A stretch of DNA of 64,000 nt. Source: an uncultured bacterium. Its GTDB lineage: Bacteria > Patescibacteriota > Minisyncoccia > Phycocordibacterales > UBA9973. The notes under the pieces are model-generated. The model was not told the origin of the DNA. It made no database searches and worked only from the letters and a program-made list of their open reading frames with translations. The stretch covers positions 7,185 to 71,184 of the forward strand of contig CAIQAL010000001.1 in the NCBI GenBank assembly GCA_903869825.1. The letters run 5' to 3'. Shown in pieces: positions 27,668 to 37,053 of this stretch (the stretch's first letter is position 1; every line of letters starts with the position of its first letter). Made by a program: the position numbers and the translations under genes.

Positions 27668-30304
27668 ATGAATTGGCTGAAACACATTTTTATCAAGAAT
27701 CAGACAATAGATACGTCAGAATCCTTTAAAAAGGAGATGTTTCAAAGACTTTCATTATTTTCACGAAATGAGCTCGAGTTTTCTTTCAAAAAATTAGGAG
27801 GTAGAGAGGAAGGGCTTGAAACCACTGAGGCAAAGGAAAGAATCAAAATATTTGGCTACAACAATATTGCTGATGAAAAAAGAGCAAATCACTTTTTAAA
27901 ATTATTTAAAATTGCCCGAGACCCTCTCAATTTACTTTTGTTGGCTTTGGCAATAGTTTCACTCTTAATTGGGGATATGAAAGCTGCTTCGGTTATTTTT
28001 TTAATGGTTTTTCTTTCTATTATCTTAAATTTTTATCAAGAAACAAAAGCCGGGATTGCTGCGGACAAACTGAAAGGAATAATTCACACTAAAACTACAG
28101 TTATCCGAAATGGGAAACCAGCAGAAATTCTCTCGAGAGAAATTGTTCCGGGCGACATCGTGGAACTTTATTCTGGGACGATTATCCCAGGAGATGTCCG
28201 TTTGATTTCTTCCAAAGATCTTTTTATTAATCAAGCAATGCTAACTGGTGAATCAATGCCGGTCGAAAAACATATTTTGGAAAATGATTCAGGAAAGAAA
28301 AATTTGATAGATTTGTGTAACCTGTGTTTTTTTGGAACAAGTGTTGAGAGTGGAGTAGCTAAGGCAATTGTCATCAACACTGGGAAAAGCACTTACTTGG
28401 GAACGATTGCTTCCGATATGTCCGAGAGTGACCATATCTCCGATTTCAATAAAGAACTAAAACAATTTGTGGTTTTAACTCTCAAATTTATGGCGATTAT
28501 GGTACCGGCAGTTTTTATCTTAAACGGAATTTTCAAAGGCAATTGGTTTGAGGCTTTTTTGTTTGCTATTGCGGTCGCGGTAGGAGTGGCACCAGAAATG
28601 ATTCCGACGATTGTCGCGGTAAACTTATCAAAAGGGGCACTAGTCTTGTCCAAGAATAAAGTTATTGTGAAGCATTTGGACGCCATTGAGAACTTGGGGG
28701 TAATGGATATCCTGTGTACAGACAAGACCGGGACCTTGACTGAAGGGAAAATTGTCCTTGAGAGACATTTGGATATTAATGGCAAGGAAAGCGTCGACTC
28801 GATTCATTATGCTTATTTGAATAGCTACTTTCAGACAGGGTTAAACGATATAATGGATAAAGCAATACTGAAGCACGAAGAAGCTGAGGAGAGATTTCCA
28901 ATAAAAGAATTCAAAAAAATTGACGAACTGCCTTTTGACTTTAATCGTCGTAAAATGTCGGTGATTGTTTCGGACGGGAAAGAAAAACATCTCTTGGTTT
29001 GTAAAGGGGCGGTGGAAGAAATTGTGGCAAGCTCCACTAATGTTTTAATTGGTGGAAAAGTTCTTTCGATGAAAGATTTTACCGATGATCGAAAATTATC
29101 GATGGAGGAAGAATTAAATAAAGAAGGTTTCCGGGTGATAGCGGTCGCTTACAAAGAAGTGTTGGCTGAGAAAAAAGTTTTTACTTTAGAAGACGAAGGC
29201 GAGCTTATTTTGGTCGGCTTTTTGGCTTTCTTTGACCCTCCGAAGGCTTCTGTGGTGGAAACAATCAAAGATTTAGAAGCACTCGGAGTTGAAATAAAAA
29301 TCTTAACCGGAGACAACGAATTTGTAACTGAAAAAATCTGTAAAGACGTCGGGATTGTATTTGATCAAATACTACTTGGGAAAGAAGTTGAAAGTCTTTC
29401 TGAGAGTGACTTGGCAGAAAAAGTAAAAAATATTTCAGTTTTTGCCAAGCTCTCTCCGTACGACAAAGAAAAAATAATTAAAAGCTTGAGGAAGAATAAT
29501 CACGTAGTCGGATTCTTAGGGGACGGTATCAATGATTCTCTGTCACTTATAGCGGCGGACGTAGGTATTTCGGTGGACACAGCGGCTGATATCGCCAAAG
29601 AATCTTCCGACCTCATATTACTTGAAAAAAGTCTGGCTGTGTTAAAAGATGGAATCAAAGAGGGGAGACGTATTTTTGATAACATTATCAAGTATATAAA
29701 AATGGCGGCAAGCTCGAACTTTGGAAATATGTTTTCAGTTGTTGGGGCAAGTATTTTCTTGCCTTTTTTGCCAATGTTGCCGATTCAGATTTTGACCAAT
29801 AATATGCTGTACGATTTTTCGCAGATGACCATTCCGACGGACAAGGTGGATGAAGACCATTTATCAAAACCTAAAAAATGGAATTTCAAAAATATCAAAA
29901 GATTTATTTTATTTTTCGGCCCGATTAGTTCTTTGTTTGATTATGCCACCTTCTTTGTTTTGTTGATTGTATTTCACACTTGGGCTAATATCCCTGCGAA
30001 CGCTGCACTATTTCACACCGGTTGGTTCGTGGAATCACTCCTTACTCAGACTTTAATCGTCCACATTATTCGGACTTCGAAAATTCCATTTTTTCAAAGT
30101 TGGGCTTCGAAGCCACTCCTTATTTCTACCATATGTGTCATTGCTGTTGGTATTTATTTGCCATTTTCACCATTCGCCGGTATTTTCCAATTTGTGCCAT
30201 TACCCCCACTTTATTTCGGACTCCTCTTCATTGGCCTCATTTTATACTTTCTAGTTACTCAATTCTTAAAAGTCTGGTTTATCAAAAAATATGAGTGGAT
30301 ATAA
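27668..30304 (+). CDS. P-type ATPase, MgtA-like Mg2+-importing type
   Basis: CTDKTGTLT phosphorylation motif, GDGINDSLSL, TGES; 878 aa with 10 predicted TM helices. Architecture and N-terminal extension are typical of the MgtA/MgtB subfamily. Confidence 0.75.
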   Translation: MNWLKHIFIKNQTIDTSESFKKEMFQRLSLFSRNELEFSFKKLGGREEGLETTEAKERIKIFGYNNIADEKRANHFLKLFKIARDPLNLLLLALAIVSLLIGDMKAASVIFLMVFLSIILNFYQETKAGIAADKLKGIIHTKTTVIRNGKPAEILSREIVPGDIVELYSGTIIPGDVRLISSKDLFINQAMLTGESMPVEKHILENDSGKKNLIDLCNLCFFGTSVESGVAKAIVINTGKSTYLGTIASDMSESDHISDFNKELKQFVVLTLKFMAIMVPAVFILNGIFKGNWFEAFLFAIAVAVGVAPEMIPTIVAVNLSKGALVLSKNKVIVKHLDAIENLGVMDILCTDKTGTLTEGKIVLERHLDINGKESVDSIHYAYLNSYFQTGLNDIMDKAILKHEEAEERFPIKEFKKIDELPFDFNRRKMSVIVSDGKEKHLLVCKGAVEEIVASSTNVLIGGKVLSMKDFTDDRKLSMEEELNKEGFRVIAVAYKEVLAEKKVFTLEDEGELILVGFLAFFDPPKASVVETIKDLEALGVEIKILTGDNEFVTEKICKDVGIVFDQILLGKEVESLSESDLAEKVKNISVFAKLSPYDKEKIIKSLRKNNHVVGFLGDGINDSLSLIAADVGISVDTAADIAKESSDLILLEKSLAVLKDGIKEGRRIFDNIIKYIKMAASSNFGNMFSVVGASIFLPFLPMLPIQILTNNMLYDFSQMTIPTDKVDEDHLSKPKKWNFKNIKRFILFFGPISSLFDYATFFVLLIVFHTWANIPANAALFHTGWFVESLLTQTLIVHIIRTSKIPFFQSWASKPLLISTICVIAVGIYLPFSPFAGIFQFVPLPPLYFGLLFIGLILYFLVTQFLKVWFIKKYEWI

Positions 30305-30330
30305 ATTATTTTTTTTAGTATATTAAAGAT

Positions 30331-32116
30331 ATGGAAATTCTAAACGAGATTTGTCAAAATTGTAAAGAAGATTTTTTGATTGATTATGAAGACTTAAGTT
30401 TTTACGAAAAAATGAAAGTCCCTCCGCCGACGTTTTGTTGGCTTTGTCGGGCACAAAGACGAATGGCATGGCGCAACGAGAGTAGTCTCTTTAAAAGAAA
30501 AAGTGATTATTCCGGAAAAGAGATTTTTTCTGCGTTTTCTCCGGAATCACCAGTAAAAGTATATGAAAAAGATGTTTGGCTTTCCGATGTTTGGGAACCA
30601 ATAGATTACGGCAGAGAATATGATTTTTCAAAGTCTTTTTTTGAACAATTCAAGGAGTTACTTCGCACTGTACCACTAAAAAATTTAAACGTTATTCGTG
30701 GAGTGAACAGTGATTATTGCAACAACATAACAAATCCAAAAAATTCTTATTTATGTTTCAACGGAAAGGATGCGGAAGATTGTATGTATTCAAATGGACT
30801 GGCATACTTAAAAGACTGTGTAGATAGTTCTAACTGCGCCAAAAGCGAACGATGCTATGAATCTTTTTGGTTGAATTCTTGTACAGACACAGTTTTTTCT
30901 TCTCAGTGTCAAAATTCTTTTAAGTTATCTTTTTGTCGAGACTGCGCCAATTGTAATGATTGTTTTGGCTGCGTAGGGCTGAGAGGGAAAAGTTATTGTG
31001 TTTTTAATGAACCTTATAACAAAGAAAATTATTTTAAAAAAATTAATGAATACGATGTTTCCTCATATGTTGGCTTGCAGAATCTTTTAAAATTAAGGGC
31101 AGAGTTTTGGAAAAAATTTCCTAGAAAATTTATCGAGGGGTATCAAAATACAAATGTAGCAGGGAATTATATTGATAATTCCAGAAATGTGCGAAATTCA
31201 TATTTGATACGGGAGGGAGAAAATTTACGGTATTGCCAATATGTTCAAGAATTACCTGGAAGTAAGGATTGTTATGACTACACTGCCTGGGGGGACTCCA
31301 ACGAACTAGTGTATGAGTGCTCAGCTTGTGGTAACGGTACAAATTCAATTAAGTTTTGCTACAATGTTCAAGAAAACTCCTATAACGTAGAATATTCCTA
31401 TATGTGCACGGGTTCTTCATATTTATTTATTTGGTTGTGTTGGTTTAAAGAAAAAACAGTATTGTATTTTTAATAAACAGTATCCAAAAGAAGAATATGA
31501 AGTAATTGTTGAAAAAATTAAAAAACAAATGAACGAAATACCTTACTTGGATAAGAAAGGAAGAATATATAAATACGGAGAATTTTTTCCTATTGAACTT
31601 TCACCTTTTGCCTATAATGAAACATTAGCTCAAGAGTTTTTTGTTAAATCAGTTAAAGAAGCCAAAGAAGATGGATATTCTTGGACAAATGATGCTGACA
31701 AAAATTATGTTCCTACTAAAAGAACAAACGATTTACCGAACAGAATAGAAGAGGTTTCTGATGAAATTGTTAATGAGATTGTTGAATGTGAACATCAAGG
31801 CAAGTGTAATGACCGCTGTGCGACAGCTTTCAGAATTACTGAAAAAGAGCTCCAGTTTTATAGAAGGATGAAAATTCCTCTACCAAGACTTTGTCCCAAT
31901 TGCCGTCATTTTAAACGTTTGGAACAACGAACATTGTTGCAGACAGTGCATAAGAATTGTCAGTGTGCCGGCAATAATTCAGATGGTGGAATTTACAACA
32001 ACACAGTTGAACATCCTCATGGTGACAAACCTTGCTCTAATGAATTTGAAACAAATTATACTAGTGACACCGATATTATCTATTGTGAGAATTGCTACAA
32101 GAAAGAAGTGTATTAG
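30331..32116 (+). CDS. Cys-rich double zinc-ribbon paralog family protein, copy B (reading frame interrupted at an (ATTT)3 tract ~31418-31433)
   Basis: ORFs 30331..31473 and 31529..32116 are one gene. The downstream frame ...IYLFGCVGLKKKQYCIFNKQYPKEEYEVIVEKIKKQMNEIPYLDKKG... continues the paralog alignment; removing one ATTT unit restores a ~595-aa protein. Confidence 0.6.
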
Positions 32117-32160
32117 TTCTTTGTTGTTCACAAATTTGATTTATACTATATAATATAAGA

Positions 32161-33459
32161 GTGAAGAATTATTTAAAAAAAAATTTACCAATAACCATTA
32201 TTGCTATTTTAGCTCTTGTTCCTATAATTAGATGGTTTTGCTTAGAACAAATGTCATTTCGTTTTTTTGATTTGAATTCCACCTCCACTTCTTTTGGGCA
32301 GATTACAGGACTTCTCGGAATGATGCTCTTTTCGTTAAATTTGATAATAAGCAATCGAAATAAATTCTTTGATGATTTTTTTTCGGGAATGGACCATTTC
32401 TATGATACCCATAAATGGCTAGGACAGATGGCTTTTTCACTTCTATTATTTCATCCGATTTTTTTAGTGGTAAAATATTTAAGTGTTTCCGTGCACGATG
32501 CAGCTTTTTTTCTGATTCCAAGTGGAAATTTTGCCAATACTATGGGCATTGTTGCTCTTTTTGGGATGATTCTACTTTTAGGTATTACCCTCTACTTGAA
32601 AATCAAATATCATATCTGGAGGTTTTCTCATAAATTTATGGTTTTAGTTTTTTGTTTCGCCATTTTGCATGTGATTTTAATTTCAAGCGATGTCTCTAGA
32701 GATCTCTTTTTAAGATATTATATTTTACTCTTTGCATTCATCGGACTTGTCTTCGGATTTTACCGGTCATTTTTGAGGATATTTTTCAATAACGATTATG
32801 AACTGAAGGTGAAGCGGTTAACTATTTTAAATAATAGTGTAACTGAGATAGAATTGACCCCAAAAGAAAAAATTTATTTTATCCCTGGCCAATTTCTTTT
32901 TATTCGTTTTTTTGGAAAAGAAATAAGTTCCGAACCGCATCCATTTTCATTTAGTTCTGCTCCAGGAGAAAGTAGTGTTAAAATTGCGATTAAATCTTTG
33001 GGGGACTATACTAGTAAAGTAAAAAATATCAAGAAAGGAACCAAGGCAAAGATAGAAGGCCCGTATGGAAAATTTTATGAAGTTGAAAAAGGGAAAAAAG
33101 AGATTTGGATTGCCGGCGGAGTCGGAATTACTCCATTCTTAAGTATGGCTAGAAGTCTTGAAGAAATAACCAATCAAATAGATTTGTACTATACTGTAGT
33201 AGAGAAGAAAGAACTTATTTTCTCGGAGGAGTTACAGTGGATTGCAGACAGAAATAAAAATTTTCGATTTTTTCCATGGCACTCGAGAGAAAATGGATAT
33301 TTAAATGCGTTAAAAATTAAAGAACTGAGCAGTGGGTTATTGGACGCAGATATATTTATTTGCGGGCCACTTTCCTTAATGAGAGCTTTAAAAAAACAAT
33401 TTATTAGTTTGGGAGTCGAAAAGAAAAATATACATTTTGAAGAATTTAATCTTTTATGA
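32161..33459 (+). CDS. NOX/ferric-reductase-like transmembrane flavocytochrome (heme-binding TM domain + FAD + NAD(P)H-binding domains)
   Basis: GTG start. TM domain carries paired His (HKWLG...LLLFHP; HKFMV...ILHVI). FAD-binding FR-type region IPGQFLFIRF...HPFSFSS; NAD-binding IWIAGGVGITPFLSM. Confidence 0.7.
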   Translation: MKNYLKKNLPITIIAILALVPIIRWFCLEQMSFRFFDLNSTSTSFGQITGLLGMMLFSLNLIISNRNKFFDDFFSGMDHFYDTHKWLGQMAFSLLLFHPIFLVVKYLSVSVHDAAFFLIPSGNFANTMGIVALFGMILLLGITLYLKIKYHIWRFSHKFMVLVFCFAILHVILISSDVSRDLFLRYYILLFAFIGLVFGFYRSFLRIFFNNDYELKVKRLTILNNSVTEIELTPKEKIYFIPGQFLFIRFFGKEISSEPHPFSFSSAPGESSVKIAIKSLGDYTSKVKNIKKGTKAKIEGPYGKFYEVEKGKKEIWIAGGVGITPFLSMARSLEEITNQIDLYYTVVEKKELIFSEELQWIADRNKNFRFFPWHSRENGYLNALKIKELSSGLLDADIFICGPLSLMRALKKQFISLGVEKKNIHFEEFNLL

Positions 33460-33974
33460 AAAAACTAACTGGGGTATCTTTGTTTATATATTTTTGTGTT
33501 GTGACTGCAATCTTAATTGTTGGACTTCTTTTTTATCAAATTAAAAATAACAATAGCAACGGCACCACAGGACCAAACACAAGAGCTCAAAATAAAACTG
33601 CAGATTTAGCAAATCTTCTGTCTTCCGGGGCTGCATTGCTTGATAACGTGGAAGTTTCTAAGCACAATGCCATTTCTGATTGTTGGATTATTGTGAATAG
33701 TAAAATTTATGATATTTCCGGCTATGCATCAGCTCATCCGGGCGGGGTAAGAAATATTGCATCATCTTGCGGAAAAGAATCTACTCAAGCTTACGACACA
33801 AAAGGGGGAAGAGGGAGTCCTCATTCGGCGTCGGCGAACCAAATGCTTGCACAATATTATATAGGAGATTTAAACCAAAAAATCAATCAAAGTACTCTTA
33901 CTCAAAATATTCAAAAAGCAAAAACTAACCCGGTTTCGGCAGTTTCAACGCAAGACGCTGGGTCGGATGATTAG
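33456..33974 (+). CDS. membrane-anchored cytochrome b5-like heme-binding domain protein
   Basis: N-terminal TM, then the cyt b5 signature ...DCWIIVNSKIYDISGYASAHPGG... Start overlaps the NOX-like stop (ATGA), which suggests translational coupling. Confidence 0.65.
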   Translation: MKKLTGVSLFIYFCVVTAILIVGLLFYQIKNNNSNGTTGPNTRAQNKTADLANLLSSGAALLDNVEVSKHNAISDCWIIVNSKIYDISGYASAHPGGVRNIASSCGKESTQAYDTKGGRGSPHSASANQMLAQYYIGDLNQKINQSTLTQNIQKAKTNPVSAVSTQDAGSDD

Positions 33975-34029
33975 CGTTTGTTTTTTTAAGAAATTGTGAT
34001 ATAGTAAAAAAGACGAAAAAAGCCCGAAG

Positions 34030-34050
34030 GCTTTTTTTGATTAAACAACA
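34030..34050 (+). terminator. rho-independent terminator
   Basis: AAAGCCCGAAGGCTTTTTTT. Confidence 0.5.
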
Positions 34051-34052
34051 AT

Positions 34053-35861
34053 ATGGAAATTAGAAATATCGCAATTATTGCTCACGTGGACCACGGTAAG
34101 ACAAAACTGACCGATTCTTTGATGAAGCAAAATGGTGGTTTGCAGGATGAAAATATCTCAATGGACTCGAACGATTTAGAAAAAGAGCGCGGGATTACAA
34201 TTTATTCCAAAAATACTTCCATTTATTATAAAGATACAAAAATTAACATCGTAGACACGCCTGGTCACGCTGACTTTGGTTCAGAGGTTGAACGAGTATT
34301 GAGAGCTATCGACTCAGTACTTCTCTTGGTGGACGCAGTAGAAGGTCCGATGCCCCAGACTCGGTTTGTTTTAAAAAAATCTCTAGAACTTGGTTTAAAG
34401 CCGATAGTGGTAATAAACAAAATAGACAAAAAAGCAGCTGATCCGCATCGAGCACACGAAGAAGTGTTAGATTTATTTTTTGAGCTTGGTGCAAGCGAAG
34501 AACAGGCAAATTTTGAAACGGTTTACGCAATTGGTCGGGAAGGGATTGCTAAGAAAAATTTAAATGATGAATCAATTGACCTGACTCCGCTTCTAGATGT
34601 AATTTTAGAAAAAGTGCCACCAGCTTCTTTAAATGAGAGTGGACTAATGAGCGCTCAAGTTTTTAATTTGGGTTACGATAATTTTTTAGGACGACTTGCT
34701 ATTGCCAGAATTTATTCCGGCAAAATGGATTCCGGCAGTCAGGTTTTTGTAAAAGGAGAGAATGGAACCAGAACCGGGAAAATTACAAAACTTTTTACCT
34801 TTGAGGGAGTTCAGAGAAAAGAAGTGCGTGAAGTAACATCTGGAGACATTGTGCTTCTATCGGGGATTCCGGATATTTATATCGGGGAAACGATTTGTGA
34901 AAATGAATCAGTCGCGCCAATGCCACACATTGCTATTGACGAGCCGACGATTTCACTTAACTTTTTAGTAAACGATTCTCCTTTTGCCGGGAAAGAAGGT
35001 AAATTTGTTACTTCAAGGCAAATAAAAGAAAGACTTGAAAAAGAATTGGAAATGAATGTAGGATTAAAAGTTGATTTTTCACCCGACCAGGGAAAAGTTA
35101 AATCTGGTCCAAGTTTTTTTAAAGTTTATGGTCGGGGGGAATTACATATTGCAATTCTACTCGAAAATATGAGGAGAGAAGGTTTTGAGATGCAGGTTTC
35201 TCAGCCAGAAGTAATTATCAAAGATATTGATGGAGCAAAGACTGAACCTTATGAAGAATTGATAATTGATGTACCAAACGAATCATCAGGCGCAGTAATC
35301 GAGAAGATTGGAAAGCGTAGAGGATTAATGAAAAATATGTCCGAAAAAGAAGGTATTTCAAGAATAACTTTTGATATCCCGACCAGGGGGTTATTAGGAT
35401 ACAGAGGGGAATTTATTGTAGACACAAAAGGGGAAGGGATAATGTCCTCACGTGTTTTAGGATTCAGGGAGTTCGCTGGGGAAATAAAGAAAAGAGAGTA
35501 TGGTTCAATGGCTTCAATGGTTGGAGGAAAGGCAGTAGCCTTCTCCCTTGCAAATTTACAGGAACGTGGTATACTTTATATAGGACACGGTGAGGAAGTT
35601 TACGAAGGAATGGTCATCGGGAACGTCCTAAAAGGAAATGATATGGCAGTAAATCCAACTAAAGGGAAGCAATTGACCAATATGCGTGCTTCCGGTACCG
35701 ATGATGCTATCGTCCTTAATCCAGCCTTTAATTTAAATATAGAAAGAGGCCTGGAAGTTATGGGAGACGACGAATATCTGGAAATTACTCCAAAGAGCGT
35801 GAGACTCAGAAAAAAATATTTAACCGAGCTTGATCGAATAAGAATAAATAGGCTTGCTTAA
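34053..35861 (+). CDS. typA: translational GTPase TypA/BipA
   Basis: IAIIAHVDHGKTKLTD, DTPGHADF, NKID; 602 aa with the EF-G-like domain layout. Confidence 0.9.
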   Translation: MEIRNIAIIAHVDHGKTKLTDSLMKQNGGLQDENISMDSNDLEKERGITIYSKNTSIYYKDTKINIVDTPGHADFGSEVERVLRAIDSVLLLVDAVEGPMPQTRFVLKKSLELGLKPIVVINKIDKKAADPHRAHEEVLDLFFELGASEEQANFETVYAIGREGIAKKNLNDESIDLTPLLDVILEKVPPASLNESGLMSAQVFNLGYDNFLGRLAIARIYSGKMDSGSQVFVKGENGTRTGKITKLFTFEGVQRKEVREVTSGDIVLLSGIPDIYIGETICENESVAPMPHIAIDEPTISLNFLVNDSPFAGKEGKFVTSRQIKERLEKELEMNVGLKVDFSPDQGKVKSGPSFFKVYGRGELHIAILLENMRREGFEMQVSQPEVIIKDIDGAKTEPYEELIIDVPNESSGAVIEKIGKRRGLMKNMSEKEGISRITFDIPTRGLLGYRGEFIVDTKGEGIMSSRVLGFREFAGEIKKREYGSMASMVGGKAVAFSLANLQERGILYIGHGEEVYEGMVIGNVLKGNDMAVNPTKGKQLTNMRASGTDDAIVLNPAFNLNIERGLEVMGDDEYLEITPKSVRLRKKYLTELDRIRINRLA

Positions 35862-35873
35862 AGGGTAAAAAAT

Positions 35874-35901
35874 TTGACACAAATTGTACGATGTGTATAA
35901 T
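35874..35901 (+). promoter_or_regulatory. consensus sigma70 promoter TTGACA-16-TATAAT
   Basis: TTGACA at 35874-35879 and TATAAT at 35896-35901, 40 nt upstream of the ATG at 35942. Confidence 0.5.
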
Positions 35902-35941
35902 TAAGGTATAAAAAAGGTTATTATTTTTAATTTACAAAAAA

Positions 35942-36970
35942 ATGTCAACAATAACATTTAAACCAAAACAAGTTACAAAAAAAATCACTTCTCATCTCCA
36001 TGACCGTGCAAACGACGTAATAATGAACCGTTTTGGTTTGAATTCTGACGCTGAAAGAAAGACCTTGGAAGAAATCGGGAAGAAATACAGCATCACTCGC
36101 GAGAGGGTTAGACAAATCGAAGAAGCGGCTCTTACTTTGATAAAAAAATCAGAAGCTTACAAAGAAGAGCAGGCGGTTTTTGACGAATTGAAACAAGTGA
36201 TAAACTCTCTTGGTTCGATTGTTGCCGAACATGAACTTCTCCCTCATATCTCCAAAGATAAAGCAACCCAAAATCACATTCATTTTTATTTGGTACTTGG
36301 TGACGCATTTAAAAAACATCGTGAAGATAATAATTTTCATACCCGCTGGAGTGTGGATGATGAAGTAGCGGCAAAAGTTCATGAATCTTTGAAAAAACTT
36401 TATATCAGTTTGAAAGACGAAGACTTGATTACCGAAACAGAAATGATTAAAAGATTTTGCGACCAAACTAAAGAGGTTGCTGAAGAATATAAGAATGAAG
36501 AAATCATCAAACGATGGCTTTCAATGTCGAAAACTATTTCAAAAAATCCATTGGGAGAATGGGGGAAATCAACCTCTCCAAATATTCGTACTCGTGGCGT
36601 AAAAGATTATGCATTTCTCGTAATGAGACGCCATGGATCCCCAATGCACTTTCGAGAAGTGGCTGACAATATTTCAAAAACTTTTCACCGAAAAACTCAC
36701 TATGCCACTTGTCACAATGAACTTATCAAAGACCCAAGGTTCGTATTGGTAGGTCGTGGTATGTATGCACTAGCTGAATGGGGGTACAAAGCCGGAATTG
36801 CTCGAGAAATCATCCGAGATATTTTGAAACGAGAAGGACCACTTTCAAAAGACGATGTAGTTGAGAGAGTAATGAAAGAAAGATATTTTAAGAAAAACAC
36901 TATTTTAGTAAACTTGGTAAACTCAAAGTACTTCAAAAAAAACAAATCGGGACTTTACGCCTTAGTCTAA
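35942..36970 (+). CDS. DNA-binding protein with sigma-70 region-4-like HTH (N-terminal) and HARE-HTH-like winged helix (C-terminal)
   Basis: EEIGKKYSITRERVRQIEEAAL is sigma region-4.2-like. The C-terminus AFLVMRRHGSPMHFREVADNI...FVLVGRGMYALAEW resembles HARE-HTH. Confidence 0.5.
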   Translation: MSTITFKPKQVTKKITSHLHDRANDVIMNRFGLNSDAERKTLEEIGKKYSITRERVRQIEEAALTLIKKSEAYKEEQAVFDELKQVINSLGSIVAEHELLPHISKDKATQNHIHFYLVLGDAFKKHREDNNFHTRWSVDDEVAAKVHESLKKLYISLKDEDLITETEMIKRFCDQTKEVAEEYKNEEIIKRWLSMSKTISKNPLGEWGKSTSPNIRTRGVKDYAFLVMRRHGSPMHFREVADNISKTFHRKTHYATCHNELIKDPRFVLVGRGMYALAEWGYKAGIAREIIRDILKREGPLSKDDVVERVMKERYFKKNTILVNLVNSKYFKKNKSGLYALV

Positions 36971-37053
36971 AAAATTAAAAAGGACGGGGAGCTAAGCTTT
37001 TCGTCTTTTTTAATTGCTTCCTTTTATTATCTTTCTGTATTAAAATGTAAGGC

